A stretch of DNA of 64,000 nucleotides from Vulcanimicrobiota bacterium (GTDB lineage Bacteria > Vulcanimicrobiota > Vulcanimicrobiia > Vulcanimicrobiales > Vulcanimicrobiaceae): the NCBI GenBank assembly GCA_963695225.1, contig OY968762.1, forward strand, positions 1,696,001-1,760,000, in the 5' to 3' direction. The notes beneath the pieces are model-generated. The model saw nothing but the letters and a program-made list of their open reading frames with translations, was not told the origin of the DNA and made no database searches. Shown here piece after piece: positions 19,228 to 28,832 of the stretch (positions are counted from its first letter, which is position 1; every line of letters starts with the position of its first letter). The position numbers and the translations under genes are program-made.

Positions 19228-20345
19228 AGCGGAATCACCGACGGCGAACCGATGCCGAATTCGAGCTGAACCTGCGCGGCCTTGAGGCCGCCGATCCGCG
19301 GCACGACCTGATTGGTCGCGCAGCCCTGGATCGTTTGGCATGACACCGAGATGACGCCGATCTTCCCGTCGAGCGGGTTCGTGGGCGTCCCGCCGCTGAC
19401 GACGAGTTGCATGAACGATTCCTTCGAAGTCTTGTAGTTCGCGCCGACGATCACGGTCGGGATATGCGACGAATAGACGTCGGTCGGCGTGTAGTCTTGC
19501 AGCAGCGAGGGTTGGAAGAAGAACGTCAGCTTGGGCGTGTAGCGATACTCGACGTAGAGCAGTTGGAAGAGCTGCGCCTTGTTATCGACGTTCGCGCCGC
19601 TGCGGTGCACGAGCCATTGGGGCGCGATCGTGTAGGTGCCGAACATGCGCGGAGTCGAGAGGAACGGGAACGTCACCGCCGCGAGATACTCTTGGAACGT
19701 GCGGATTCTGACGTACTGCGGGAAGCCGCCGACATCGATCAGCGTGTTGTCGGAGTTCCCGCCGACGGTCCCGGTGCGCGTGATGTACGTCGGCGTCACG
19801 ACGATCGGGAGCTTCCGCGCGATCGTGAACAGGTTCTGTTCGGTGAAGACGAAGATCTTGTTCTTGATCGTGACGTCTTGCTGCGCGGCGTGCAGATCGG
19901 CGCTCGAAATCGGCGAGCTGATGCCCTGCAGGTAGACCGGGACCGTTCCTTGATCGAAGCCGGTCGGATACTCGGGCAGTTCGTAGAGGCCCGCCTGGAT
20001 GCGGAGGTTCCGATTGAAGCCGTACCCGACGACCGCATCCATGCCGCCGGGGAAGTTCACGTTGTTCTTGCCCGTAGCGTTGAGCGGATAGCCGAACGAG
20101 GCATCGAGCGTATACGAGAACCCGAGCGGCAGGCCGGGCTGCGAGAGCGGACGCTCCTGCTGGCCGATCGGCTTGGCCTGGGCGATCGACCATGGATCGG
20201 CCGGGCCGTGAAGCGCTCCTGTTGCCGGGAGGACGACGCTCGAGCTGAGCACGCCCGCCATTCCGGGATCAGCCGATGCCGCCGCGCTCGCGCCCATGAC
20301 GAGCGCAATCGACAGTGCCGCGGCCCGTAGAAGCCGTGGGGTCAT
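19224..20345 (-). CDS. Secreted hypothetical protein, probable outer-membrane beta-barrel
   Basis: Signal peptide (AASA-D); amphipathic strands (FSYTLDASFGY, LYVEYRY, QVQLEFGIG). Confidence 0.6.
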   Translation of the reverse strand: MTPRLLRAAALSIALVMGASAAASADPGMAGVLSSSVVLPATGALHGPADPWSIAQAKPIGQQERPLSQPGLPLGFSYTLDASFGYPLNATGKNNVNFPGGMDAVVGYGFNRNLRIQAGLYELPEYPTGFDQGTVPVYLQGISSPISSADLHAAQQDVTIKNKIFVFTEQNLFTIARKLPIVVTPTYITRTGTVGGNSDNTLIDVGGFPQYVRIRTFQEYLAAVTFPFLSTPRMFGTYTIAPQWLVHRSGANVDNKAQLFQLLYVEYRYTPKLTFFFQPSLLQDYTPTDVYSSHIPTVIVGANYKTSKESFMQLVVSGGTPTNPLDGKIGVISVSCQTIQGCATNQVVPRIGGLKAAQVQLEFGIGSPSVIPL

Positions 20346-20444
20346 TGGGATACCTCTTTCAAGACGACCACGCGGGCTCGTGAAGGATCATTCCTACCGG
20401 TCCACCGCGATTGGGAAAGGATGTTACGCCGTCGAGCAGCGATT

Positions 20445-20462
20445 ACTTGCAAGACACAAGTG
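20445..20462 (+). promoter_or_regulatory. Putative operator CTTGC-N5-ACAAG upstream of fadD-like gene
   Basis: Palindrome shared with 17540-17557; both are followed by TGAAA in gene orientation. Confidence 0.5.
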
Positions 20463-20489
20463 AAAAAGTCGCACCCCGCAGGAGGCCCG

Positions 20490-22319
20490 ATGCCGACCCT
20501 TCCGCAGCTCATCGAACCGGCATTGGCCCTAGGGCGCGAACGCGTCCTGGCTGAGCGCCCCGGGGGCGGCGATTGGACGTTCACGTCGAGCCGGCTCTTG
20601 CGCGCCCGCGTGGCGGCGGTGGCTCATGCGCTCCGCGGGGCGGGGGCGCGGGAGGGCGATCGCATCGCGATCGTCTCGAACAACTGCGTCGATTGGATCG
20701 TCGCGGATCTCGGCATCCTCTACGCGGGCTGCGTGTGCGTTCCGATCTTCGCGACGACCGCGGCGGACCAGCTTCGCTTCATCCTCGCCGACTGCGAGGC
20801 AAAGCTCGTTTTCGTCCAGCTGCGGGCCGACGCCGAGCGCGTTCGCGCGGCCTGCCCGGTCCCGATCCCGGTCGTCCATTTCGATGGCGACGGCCCCGAC
20901 TCGCTCGCGGCGTTCGAACGCGCAGGGAGCGTCGCCCACGCCGCCGACCCCGCGGCCGTCGAGCGCTGGGCCGGCGCGCTGTCCCCGGGCGATCTCGCCG
21001 TGCTGATCTACACGTCCGGCACGACGGGCGATCCCAAAGGCGTGATGCTCTCGCACGACAACATCGCCTCCGATTCGCGGATCGCGTTCGACTACGCGTT
21101 TCCGATGCTCCGCCCGGGGGATGCCGTGCTCTCCGTGCTGCCGTTCGCGCACATCTACGAGCACGCAGCGCTGGCGGCGTACCTCGCGCGGGCAGCGGAG
21201 ATCTACGTGACGGTTCCGGAGCGGCTGCTCGACGACATGCGCTCGGCGCGGCCGCTCGCGGCGAACCTCGTGCCGCGAATCTACGAGCGCGTCCTCGCCG
21301 GCCTCGTCGGGAAAGCTCGCGCCGGAGGCGGTCCGGGCGCGAAGCTCGTTCCCTGGGCGCTGGAGGCCGGCCGCGCATACATGCAAGCCGTTGCGGACCG
21401 CACGCCGCCCACCTTGCTGCAACGCCTGCGGTATCGCGCGGCGCACGCCCTCGTTCTCAAGAAGATCCGGCCCGCGCTCGGGCTCGACCGGCTCGCCTGC
21501 TTCACGAGCGGGAGCGCGCCGCTCCACCGCGACATCGCGCTGACGTTCGCCGCCGCCGACATCCCGATCTGCCAGGGCTACGGGCTGACGGAAACTTCCC
21601 CGGTCATCTCGACGAACCGCCTCATCGACAACCGCTTCGGCTCCGTCGGCCGCGCGCTCCCCGGCGTGGAAATCCGCATCGCCCCCGACGGCGAGATCGA
21701 AACGCGCGGCCCGAACGTGATGCAGGGGTACTATCACCGGCCGGACGAGCACCCGATCGACAAAGACGGATGGTTCGCAACCGGCGACATCGGGCGGATC
21801 GACGAGGACGGCTTCCTCTACATCACGGATCGAAAGAAGGAGCTCATCAAGACCTCGGGCGGCAAGTTCATTTCGCCGGCCCGGATCGAGACCGCGATCA
21901 AACGCTCGATCTTCGTCAGCCAAGTGCTGCTGGTCGGCGACAACCGGCCGCATCCGGCCGCCTTGATCGCGCTCAACCTCGACCTCGTCCGCAAGCAGCT
22001 CGAGATCCCCGATACCGTTCCGGCCGTCCTCGTCGCCGGAAACCCGCGCGTGCACGAATTCGTCCGGGCGGAGGTCAAAGCCCAAACCGCCGACCTCGCC
22101 TCCTACGAACAAGTCCGCCGCGTCGCGATCCTCCCCCGCGAACTCACGATCGAGGACGGCGAGATCTCCCCGACGCTCAAAGTGCGCCGTCGCGTCGTCG
22201 AGGAGCGTTACAAGAGCCTCATCGACGCCGCCTACGCCGAGGATCTGCGGGCCGCGGCCCCCGCCGAGAAGACGGCCCGGACGATACGCCGCAAGGGCAA
22301 CCCCGGCATCCAGCTCTGA
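20490..22319 (+). CDS. Long-chain fatty acid-CoA ligase (FadD/AMP-binding)
   Basis: IYTSGTTGDPKG, QGYGLTETSP, ATGDIG, DRKKELIKTSGGK; GGAGG RBS before ATG 20490. Confidence 0.93.
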   Translation: MPTLPQLIEPALALGRERVLAERPGGGDWTFTSSRLLRARVAAVAHALRGAGAREGDRIAIVSNNCVDWIVADLGILYAGCVCVPIFATTAADQLRFILADCEAKLVFVQLRADAERVRAACPVPIPVVHFDGDGPDSLAAFERAGSVAHAADPAAVERWAGALSPGDLAVLIYTSGTTGDPKGVMLSHDNIASDSRIAFDYAFPMLRPGDAVLSVLPFAHIYEHAALAAYLARAAEIYVTVPERLLDDMRSARPLAANLVPRIYERVLAGLVGKARAGGGPGAKLVPWALEAGRAYMQAVADRTPPTLLQRLRYRAAHALVLKKIRPALGLDRLACFTSGSAPLHRDIALTFAAADIPICQGYGLTETSPVISTNRLIDNRFGSVGRALPGVEIRIAPDGEIETRGPNVMQGYYHRPDEHPIDKDGWFATGDIGRIDEDGFLYITDRKKELIKTSGGKFISPARIETAIKRSIFVSQVLLVGDNRPHPAALIALNLDLVRKQLEIPDTVPAVLVAGNPRVHEFVRAEVKAQTADLASYEQVRRVAILPRELTIEDGEISPTLKVRRRVVEERYKSLIDAAYAEDLRAAAPAEKTARTIRRKGNPGIQL

Positions 22320-22366
22320 GGAGAGCCCGGCCGCAGCGGAGAAACTACGTCCTTCTGGAGGCACGT

Positions 22367-23590
22367 ATGCTCTCGGCACCCGATCGAATCGATCCTCGCG
22401 TTTTCCGCTTCGCGCACCGCATGGACAAGCTCAAGGCGAGCGCCATCCGCGAGTTGCTCAAGCTCACCGAACGGCCGGAGGTCATCTCGTTCGCAGGCGG
22501 CCTCCCGGCCCCGGAACTCTTCCCGGTCGCCGATTTCGCGGTCGCATGCGAGGAGGTTCTCCGCACCGACGGTCCCGCGGCGTTGCAGTACAGCACGACG
22601 GAAGGCTTCCGCCCGCTGCGCGCGTGGATCTGCGAGCACCTGCAGCAGGTGAACGGCATCGAAGCCGATCCCGAACGCGTCCTCATCGTCAGCGGCTCGC
22701 AGCAAGGCCTCGACCTCGTGGGTAAAGTGCTGCTCGATCCGGGCGATTACGTCGTCACCGAGAACCCCGCGTACCTCGGTGCGATCCAGGCGTTCGATGC
22801 CTACGAGGCGCGCTACCTGGACGTGGCAACCGACGATTCGGGGATGATCCCCTCCGATCTGCGCCGCGTCCTCGAAAGCGCCGACCGCAAGCCGAAGCTG
22901 ATCTACATCGTCACGACCTTTGCGAACCCGACCGGCACGACCACGACGCTCGAGCGGCGCAAGGAGATCGTCGAGATCGCGCGCGAGCACGGCATCCCCG
23001 TCTTCGAGGACGATCCGTACGGCCGGCTGCGCTATTCGGGCGCCGAGCTGCCCTCGCTGACGGCGCTCGCGGGCGGGAAGGGCGTCTTCTACGCGGGCAC
23101 CGCGAGCAAGACGATCGTCCCGGGCATGCGCGTCGCGTGGCTCGTGATCCCGGACGAGGAGATGTTCGAAAAGGTCGTGATGGTCAAGCAAGCCGCCGAC
23201 CTGCATACCTCGACGTTCGCGCAGCGCGCGGTTCACGCGTACGTGAAACGTCCGGGCGCCGTCGAAGCGCACGTCGCGACGATGGTTCCGGTTTACCGCC
23301 GGCGCCGCGATCTGATGCTGGCGCAACTCGCGGAGCGGATGCCCGAGGGCTGGACGTGGACCAAGCCCGACGGCGGCCTCTTCCTGTGGGTCCGCGGACC
23401 CGAGAGCGTCGATACGACGCGGCTGCTCGAGCAAGCTCTCGCGAGGAACGTCGCGTTCGTTCCGGGCGGGCCGTTCTGGGTCAACCGCGACGTGAAGAAC
23501 ACGCTGCGTTTGAACTTCAGCAACGCGAGCGAAACGGGGATCGTCGCCGGCGTGGAACGCCTCACCGCAACGATCGCCGACTTCCGCTGA
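22367..23590 (+). CDS. PLP-dependent aminotransferase class I/II (LysN/2-aminoadipate transaminase-like)
   Basis: SAIRELLK..ISFAGGLPAPELFP, GSQQGLDL, FANPTG, EDDPY, SKTIVPGMRV; GGAGG RBS. Confidence 0.92.
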   Translation: MLSAPDRIDPRVFRFAHRMDKLKASAIRELLKLTERPEVISFAGGLPAPELFPVADFAVACEEVLRTDGPAALQYSTTEGFRPLRAWICEHLQQVNGIEADPERVLIVSGSQQGLDLVGKVLLDPGDYVVTENPAYLGAIQAFDAYEARYLDVATDDSGMIPSDLRRVLESADRKPKLIYIVTTFANPTGTTTTLERRKEIVEIAREHGIPVFEDDPYGRLRYSGAELPSLTALAGGKGVFYAGTASKTIVPGMRVAWLVIPDEEMFEKVVMVKQAADLHTSTFAQRAVHAYVKRPGAVEAHVATMVPVYRRRRDLMLAQLAERMPEGWTWTKPDGGLFLWVRGPESVDTTRLLEQALARNVAFVPGGPFWVNRDVKNTLRLNFSNASETGIVAGVERLTATIADFR

Positions 23591-23614
23591 GCCCCTCCCC
23601 CTGAGCCCCTCCCC
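23587..23614. repeat. 14-bp perfect tandem duplication (ctgagcccctcccc x2)
   Basis: Read directly; first copy contains the aminotransferase stop codon. Confidence 0.8.
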
Positions 23615-23654
23615 CCGTGGGCCTTCCGGCCTCTATTGCTTGCGGGGGGCTTCA

Positions 23655-23669
23655 CTTTGTGATACAAAG
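23655..23669 (+). promoter_or_regulatory. Operator-like palindrome CTTTGT-N3-ACAAAG
   Basis: Perfect 6-3-6 inverted repeat ending 7 nt before ATG 23677; operon encodes a winged-helix regulator. Confidence 0.55.
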
Positions 23670-23676
23670 CGCGAGT

Positions 23677-24291
23677 ATGGAAGTACGCCGGGCTCTTGCA
23701 GACCTTGCGGAAGTCCGCGGCCGTATCGTTACGGTCCAGCGTTTTGACGGCTACTCCGGAAGCGCGGCGATCGCGAGCGGGGCCGTCGCCTGTGCGGTCG
23801 GCTTCGCCCAGATGGCTCTGTGCCCGTTCCCTTCGGCGCTGCTCGACAAGCAGCGCTACCTCGCAATCTGGCTGACCTGCCTCGGCGTCGCGCTCGTCAT
23901 CAACTACGGCGCGATCTTGGTCTGGCGCACTCGTAACCACAACGCGCTCGCCGACGTCCAGATGCGCAACGTCGGTATGAGCATCTTCCCGGCGGTCGCC
24001 GCCGGCGGCGTCATCACCGCCGCGCTCGTCATGCGCGGCCTCTACGGCTTGTTGCCGGGCATGTGGTGTGCGATCTACGCGCTCGGCTTGTTCGCCTCGC
24101 GCTCCCAAGTCCCGCGCGAGGTCGTCTACGTCGCGATCGCGTTCGGCGCGGCGGCGTCCGTCTTGCTCTTCCTCCACGGCGATGCGGCGCTCGCCTGGTG
24201 GATCATGCCGCTCGCCTTCGGCGGGGGCCAAATCGCGATCGGTTCGCTCGTGCTCTCGGAAGCCGGTCGCGAACAGAAAGGCTTTCGATGA
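23677..24291 (+). CDS. Hypothetical membrane protein
   Basis: MEVRRALADLAEVR start; about 6 hydrophobic helices; coupled to downstream regulator. Confidence 0.75.
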   Translation: MEVRRALADLAEVRGRIVTVQRFDGYSGSAAIASGAVACAVGFAQMALCPFPSALLDKQRYLAIWLTCLGVALVINYGAILVWRTRNHNALADVQMRNVGMSIFPAVAAGGVITAALVMRGLYGLLPGMWCAIYALGLFASRSQVPREVVYVAIAFGAAASVLLFLHGDAALAWWIMPLAFGGGQIAIGSLVLSEAGREQKGFR

Positions 24292-24653
24292 ACTCGGCTC
24301 CATTCGCCTACGAGGGGCTCGAACGGATCTTCCACGAGCGCGGACGGCTCGCCGTCTGCACGGCGCTCGTCGCGGCCGACGCCGCGATGAGCTTCAAGGC
24401 GTTGCAGGAGGCGTGCGCCTTGACCGACGGCAACCTGAATCGCCACCTGCATGCGCTCTCCGAGATGGAGATCGTCGTACTCGAGCGCGTCCGCGGGAGC
24501 GGCCGCCCGACGACGCTCGTCCGCATCACGAAATCGGGGCGCGCGCGCTTCTTCGCCTACATCGACGAGCTCGAAGCGGTCGTTCGGGCCGTCCAGAGCA
24601 GCGCTCGCGAACAAGCCGGGACGACGTTCGGCAGATTGGCGGCACAATCATGA
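24288..24653 (+). CDS. Winged-helix transcriptional regulator (ArsR/MarR-like)
   Basis: LERIFHERGRLAV, LTDGNLNRHL, GRPTT..ITKSGR..F..Y. Confidence 0.85.
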   Translation: MNSAPFAYEGLERIFHERGRLAVCTALVAADAAMSFKALQEACALTDGNLNRHLHALSEMEIVVLERVRGSGRPTTLVRITKSGRARFFAYIDELEAVVRAVQSSAREQAGTTFGRLAAQS

Positions 24654-25384
24654 TCGGCATCGAGCCGTACGTCGAGCGCGAGGCCGAGCGCCCGACGCCG
24701 CGCCACGTCGCCATCATCATGGACGGAAACCGGCGCTGGGCCCGCGAGCGCGGGCTTCCTTCGATCGAAGGGCACCGGATCGGAGCTCGCCGCCTGCGCG
24801 AGATCGCCCGCGCCGCCGCCGACGCCGGCATCGGCGTCCTCACGGTCTATGCATTCTCCGAAGAGAACTGGCGGCGAAGCCCGGCCGAAGTCCGGCTTCT
24901 GATGGAGCTCGTCGGGCTCTACGCGCGCAGCGAGCAGGCCGCGCTCGTCCAGGAGAACGTGCGCGTGCGCATCATCGGCCGGCTCGAACGGCTCCCGCAA
25001 GGGACGCGGCGCGCGCTCGAACAGCTCGTCGCTGCGACGGCCCACAACGCCCGCCTCCAGTTGAATCTCGCGATCGACTATAGCGCGCGCACGGAATTGT
25101 GCGATGCCGTTCGCGCGCTCGCCGCCGACGTTGCGGCCGGCAAACTCGACGCGTCAAAAGTGAGCGAGAAAGATATTTCCGGCTATCTTTACACGGCCGG
25201 GCAACCCGATCCCGACTTGTTGATCCGGACCGGGGGCGAATTGCGCCTCTCCAATTTCCTGCTCTACCAGGTCGCCTACACGGAGCTCTGGTCGACGCCG
25301 ACGCATTGGCCGGACTTCGATGCGAAACACCTCTTCCGTGCGATCGGGGACTTCACCAAGCGGGAGAGGCGCTACGGAACCTAG
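24650..25384 (+). CDS. uppS: cis-polyprenyl (undecaprenyl) diphosphate synthase
   Basis: PRHVAIIMDGNRRWA, YAFSEENWRR, DPDLLIRTGGELRLSNFLLYQ, RRYG. Confidence 0.93.
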   Translation: MIGIEPYVEREAERPTPRHVAIIMDGNRRWARERGLPSIEGHRIGARRLREIARAAADAGIGVLTVYAFSEENWRRSPAEVRLLMELVGLYARSEQAALVQENVRVRIIGRLERLPQGTRRALEQLVAATAHNARLQLNLAIDYSARTELCDAVRALAADVAAGKLDASKVSEKDISGYLYTAGQPDPDLLIRTGGELRLSNFLLYQVAYTELWSTPTHWPDFDAKHLFRAIGDFTKRERRYGT

Positions 25385-25426
25385 CCCGGACCAAGGCGGG
25401 CGGGCGGCCATGGTATACTGCTACCC

Positions 25427-27253
25427 GTGAATACTCGACCTGATATCCGGAACGTGGCGATCATCGCCCACGTCGACCATGGGAAAACGACGCTCGTCGA
25501 CGCGATGCTCAAGCAGAGCGGGGTCTTCCGCGAGGGGCAGGCGACCGGCACGCGCATGATGGATTCGAACCCGCTCGAACGCGAGCGCGGGATCACGATC
25601 CTCGCGAAGAACACCGCCGTCCGGCACGGCGACATCAAGTTCAACATCGTCGATACGCCCGGGCACGCCGATTTCGGCGGCGAGGTCGAGCGCGTGCTGC
25701 AAATGGTGCAGGGCGTGCTCTTGCTCGTCGACGCGGCGGAGGGCGTGATGCCGCAAACGCGCTTCGTCTTGCGCAAGGCGCTCGAACTCGATCTGCGCGC
25801 GATCGTCGTCATCAACAAGATCGACCGCAAGGACGCGCGCCCGGCCGAAGTCGTCAACGAGGTCTTCGACCTGTTCATCGAACTCGGCGCCAGCGACGAG
25901 CAGGCCGACTTTTCGATCGTCTACACGAACGGGAAGCTCGGAATCGCGAAGCTTTCGCTCGACGACCCGAGCACGGACCTCGAGCCGCTGTTCGAGACGA
26001 TCCGGCGGAAAGTCCCCGAAGCGCCGGCCGAAGAGGGGCCGTTCCAAATGTTGATCTCGGCGATCGACCACAACAAGTACGTCGGGCGCATCGGGATCGG
26101 ACGCGTCTTCCGCGGCTCTGCGCGCCTGAACGCGCCGATCGCGAAGGTCACGCGCGAAGCGCACGTCGAGACGGGGCTGCGTTTGACGAAGCTGCTCACC
26201 TTCGCGGGCCTGGAGCGGATCGAAGTCGAGGAGGCGTCCGCGGGCGACATCGTCTGCGTCTCCGGGATCGAAGGGCTCAACATCGGCGACACGATCGCAG
26301 ACGCGCAGGCGCCCGAAGGGCTGCACGCCGTCGCCGTCGACGAACCGACCGTTTCGATGTCGTTCAGCGTGAACACGTCGCCGTTCGCGGGACGGGAGGG
26401 GAAGTACCTCACCTCGCGCCAGATCCGCGACCGTTTGATGCGCGAGTTGGAATCGAACGTCGCGCTGCGCGTCGAGGATACGGATAGCGCCGATACGTTC
26501 GAAGTGCGCGGCCGGGGCGAGCTGCATCTTTCGATTCTGATCGAGACGATGCGCCGCGAAGGCTACGAACTCGCCGTCTCAAAGCCTCAGGTGATCCTAT
26601 CGGAACGGGACGGCAAGAAGTTCGAGCCGGTCGAGTACGTCGTGATCGACGTGCAGGACGAGTACGCGGGGGCCGTCATCGAGGCGCTCGGCAAACGGAA
26701 GGCCGCGATGTCGAACATGTTCACCGTCGGCGAGACGCGCCGCCTCGAATACACGATGCCGACGCGCGCGATCTTCGGCTTGCGCGGCGAGCTGTTGACG
26801 CTCTCGCGCGGCACCGCCGTCATGTCGCACACGTATTACGACCACCGGCCGTGGAGCGGCGAAATCCCCGGGCGCAACGTCGGCGCGCTCGTAGCGAGCG
26901 AGACCGGCACGGCGACGGGCTACGCGCTGATGGGGCTCGAAGCCCGCGGGCGCTTCTTCATCGGCCCCGGCGTCGAGTGCTACGAAGGCATGCTCGTCGG
27001 CAGAGCCGGCGACGATAAGGATGTCGCCATCAACGTCGTCAAGGCGAAGAAGCTGACGAACATGCGAGCCGCCGGAACCGACGACAACGTGCGCCTCGCC
27101 CCGCCCGAGGAGATGTCGCTCGAGCGCGCGATCGAGTTCATCGAAGACGACGAACTCGTCGAAGTCACGCCGAAATCGATTCGCTTACGCAAGCGCATGC
27201 TCAACGAAACGGACCGCTTGCGCGCACGAAAAAGGGAACCGGCAAAAGTCTAA
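25427..27253 (+). CDS. typA: Translational GTPase TypA/BipA
   Basis: IRNVAIIAHVDHGKTTLVD, DTPGHADFGGEVER, GRGELHLSILIETMRREG. Confidence 0.97.
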   Translation: MNTRPDIRNVAIIAHVDHGKTTLVDAMLKQSGVFREGQATGTRMMDSNPLERERGITILAKNTAVRHGDIKFNIVDTPGHADFGGEVERVLQMVQGVLLLVDAAEGVMPQTRFVLRKALELDLRAIVVINKIDRKDARPAEVVNEVFDLFIELGASDEQADFSIVYTNGKLGIAKLSLDDPSTDLEPLFETIRRKVPEAPAEEGPFQMLISAIDHNKYVGRIGIGRVFRGSARLNAPIAKVTREAHVETGLRLTKLLTFAGLERIEVEEASAGDIVCVSGIEGLNIGDTIADAQAPEGLHAVAVDEPTVSMSFSVNTSPFAGREGKYLTSRQIRDRLMRELESNVALRVEDTDSADTFEVRGRGELHLSILIETMRREGYELAVSKPQVILSERDGKKFEPVEYVVIDVQDEYAGAVIEALGKRKAAMSNMFTVGETRRLEYTMPTRAIFGLRGELLTLSRGTAVMSHTYYDHRPWSGEIPGRNVGALVASETGTATGYALMGLEARGRFFIGPGVECYEGMLVGRAGDDKDVAINVVKAKKLTNMRAAGTDDNVRLAPPEEMSLERAIEFIEDDELVEVTPKSIRLRKRMLNETDRLRARKREPAKV

Positions 27254-27285
27254 CAAAACCCTTAGGCACCCCTCGCTCACTAGAG

Positions 27286-27314
27286 AGGCTCGGGCAGAAA
27301 CCCGGGCCTTTTTT
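27286..27314 (+). terminator. Rho-independent terminator after typA
   Basis: aggctcggg-cagaaa-cccgggcct followed by a T-tract. Confidence 0.75.
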
Positions 27315-27530
27315 CCTAGATATAGAGGATGTCGCCACCTATTCGACTATTGCCGGGTCTACTATTGTCGGAAGACATAGTCGCTACCCGGGAGATTTGG
27401 CCCGAATACCAGCCCTGGCGCCGGTAGAATCCTCTACCGCCGGAAAGAAAGCCGTCCAGAGAAGGTCTTCACGCCATCCAATCGAAGCCCGGTAAGCCTT
27501 GCCAGCCATTCGGAAGGAGTTGCCCATCCA

Positions 27531-28823
27531 ATGTCCCCCGACAACCTGGAACTGAATTGGTCGACGCACCCGCGGTGGGATGGAATCCGGCGCCCCTACG
27601 GCGCCAAGGACGTTGCCCGCCTGCGCGGCTCCGTTCGCATCGATTACACGCTCGCGCGCCTCGGCGCCGAGCGCCTCTGGAAGTTGCTCCACGAGGAGAA
27701 CTACGTGGCGGCGCTCGGAGCCGTCACCGGGAACCAGGCCGTCCAGGCCGTCCGGGCCGGGCTCAAAGCCATCTACCTCTCCGGTTGGCAGGTCGCAGCC
27801 GACGCAAACCTCGCCGGGCAGACGTACCCCGACCAGAGCCTCTATCCGGCGAACAGCGCTCCCGCGCTCGTCAAGCGCATCAACAACGCGCTGATGCGCG
27901 CCGACCAGATCCAGACGATGGAGGGCGACGGCGACACGTACTGGTTCGCGCCGATCGTCGCCGACGCGGAAGCCGGGTTCGGCGGCGCGCTGAACTGTTT
28001 TGAGATCATGAAGGCGTTCATCGAGGCCGGCGCTTCGGGCGTGCACTTCGAAGATCAGCTGGCCAGCGAGAAGAAGTGCGGCCACATGGGCGGCAAGGTG
28101 CTCATCCCGACGAAGACCGCGATCCGCAACCTCGTCGCGGCGCGGCTCGCGGCCGATACGATGGGCGTCCCCACGCTGATCGTGGCGCGCACCGATGCGA
28201 ACGGCGCATTCTTGATCACGAGCGACGTCGATGAGACCGACCGGCCGTTCATCACCGGCGAGCGTACCGAGGAGGGCTTCTTCAAGATGCGCGGCGGGAT
28301 CGATGCCGCGATCGCCCGCGGCCTCTCGTACGCCCCGTATGCCGACCTCGTGTGGTGCGAGACGTCCGAGCCGAACATCGAGGAAGCGCGCCGCTTCGCG
28401 GCTGCGATCCACGCGCAGTTCCCCGGCAAGCTGCTCGCCTACAACTGCTCGCCCTCGTTCAACTGGAAGCTCAAGCTCTCGCAGTCCGACATCGACACGT
28501 TCCAGCAGCAGCTCGGCGCGATGGGGTACAAGTACCAATTCATCACGCTGGCGGGCTTCCACGCGCTCAACCACGGGATGTACGAGCTGGCCCGCGATTA
28601 CGCCAAGCGCGGGATGGCTGCCTACTCCGAACTCCAGGAAGCGGAATTCGCAAGCGAAACGCACGGCTACACGGCGACGCGCCACCAGCGCGAAGTCGGC
28701 ACCGGTTACTTCGACGCGGTCGCAACGGCCGTCTCCGAAGGGAAATCCTCGACGACGGCCTACCACGGCTCGACCGAAGAGGAACAGTTCCAAGCGGCCG
28801 CAGCCGCGCACGCCCACCACTAG
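27531..28823 (+). CDS. aceA: Isocitrate lyase
   Basis: [36 protein letters not shown]. Confidence 0.97.
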   Translation: MSPDNLELNWSTHPRWDGIRRPYGAKDVARLRGSVRIDYTLARLGAERLWKLLHEENYVAALGAVTGNQAVQAVRAGLKAIYLSGWQVAADANLAGQTYPDQSLYPANSAPALVKRINNALMRADQIQTMEGDGDTYWFAPIVADAEAGFGGALNCFEIMKAFIEAGASGVHFEDQLASEKKCGHMGGKVLIPTKTAIRNLVAARLAADTMGVPTLIVARTDANGAFLITSDVDETDRPFITGERTEEGFFKMRGGIDAAIARGLSYAPYADLVWCETSEPNIEEARRFAAAIHAQFPGKLLAYNCSPSFNWKLKLSQSDIDTFQQQLGAMGYKYQFITLAGFHALNHGMYELARDYAKRGMAAYSELQEAEFASETHGYTATRHQREVGTGYFDAVATAVSEGKSSTTAYHGSTEEEQFQAAAAAHAHH

Positions 28824-28832
28824 GCCCGAGGG

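Noticed and set aside
20573..23590. 1005-aa ORF suggesting a large fusion protein
   Set aside because: The first ~600 codons are an Arg-rich alternative frame over fadD. The aminotransferase starts at 22367 with its own RBS.
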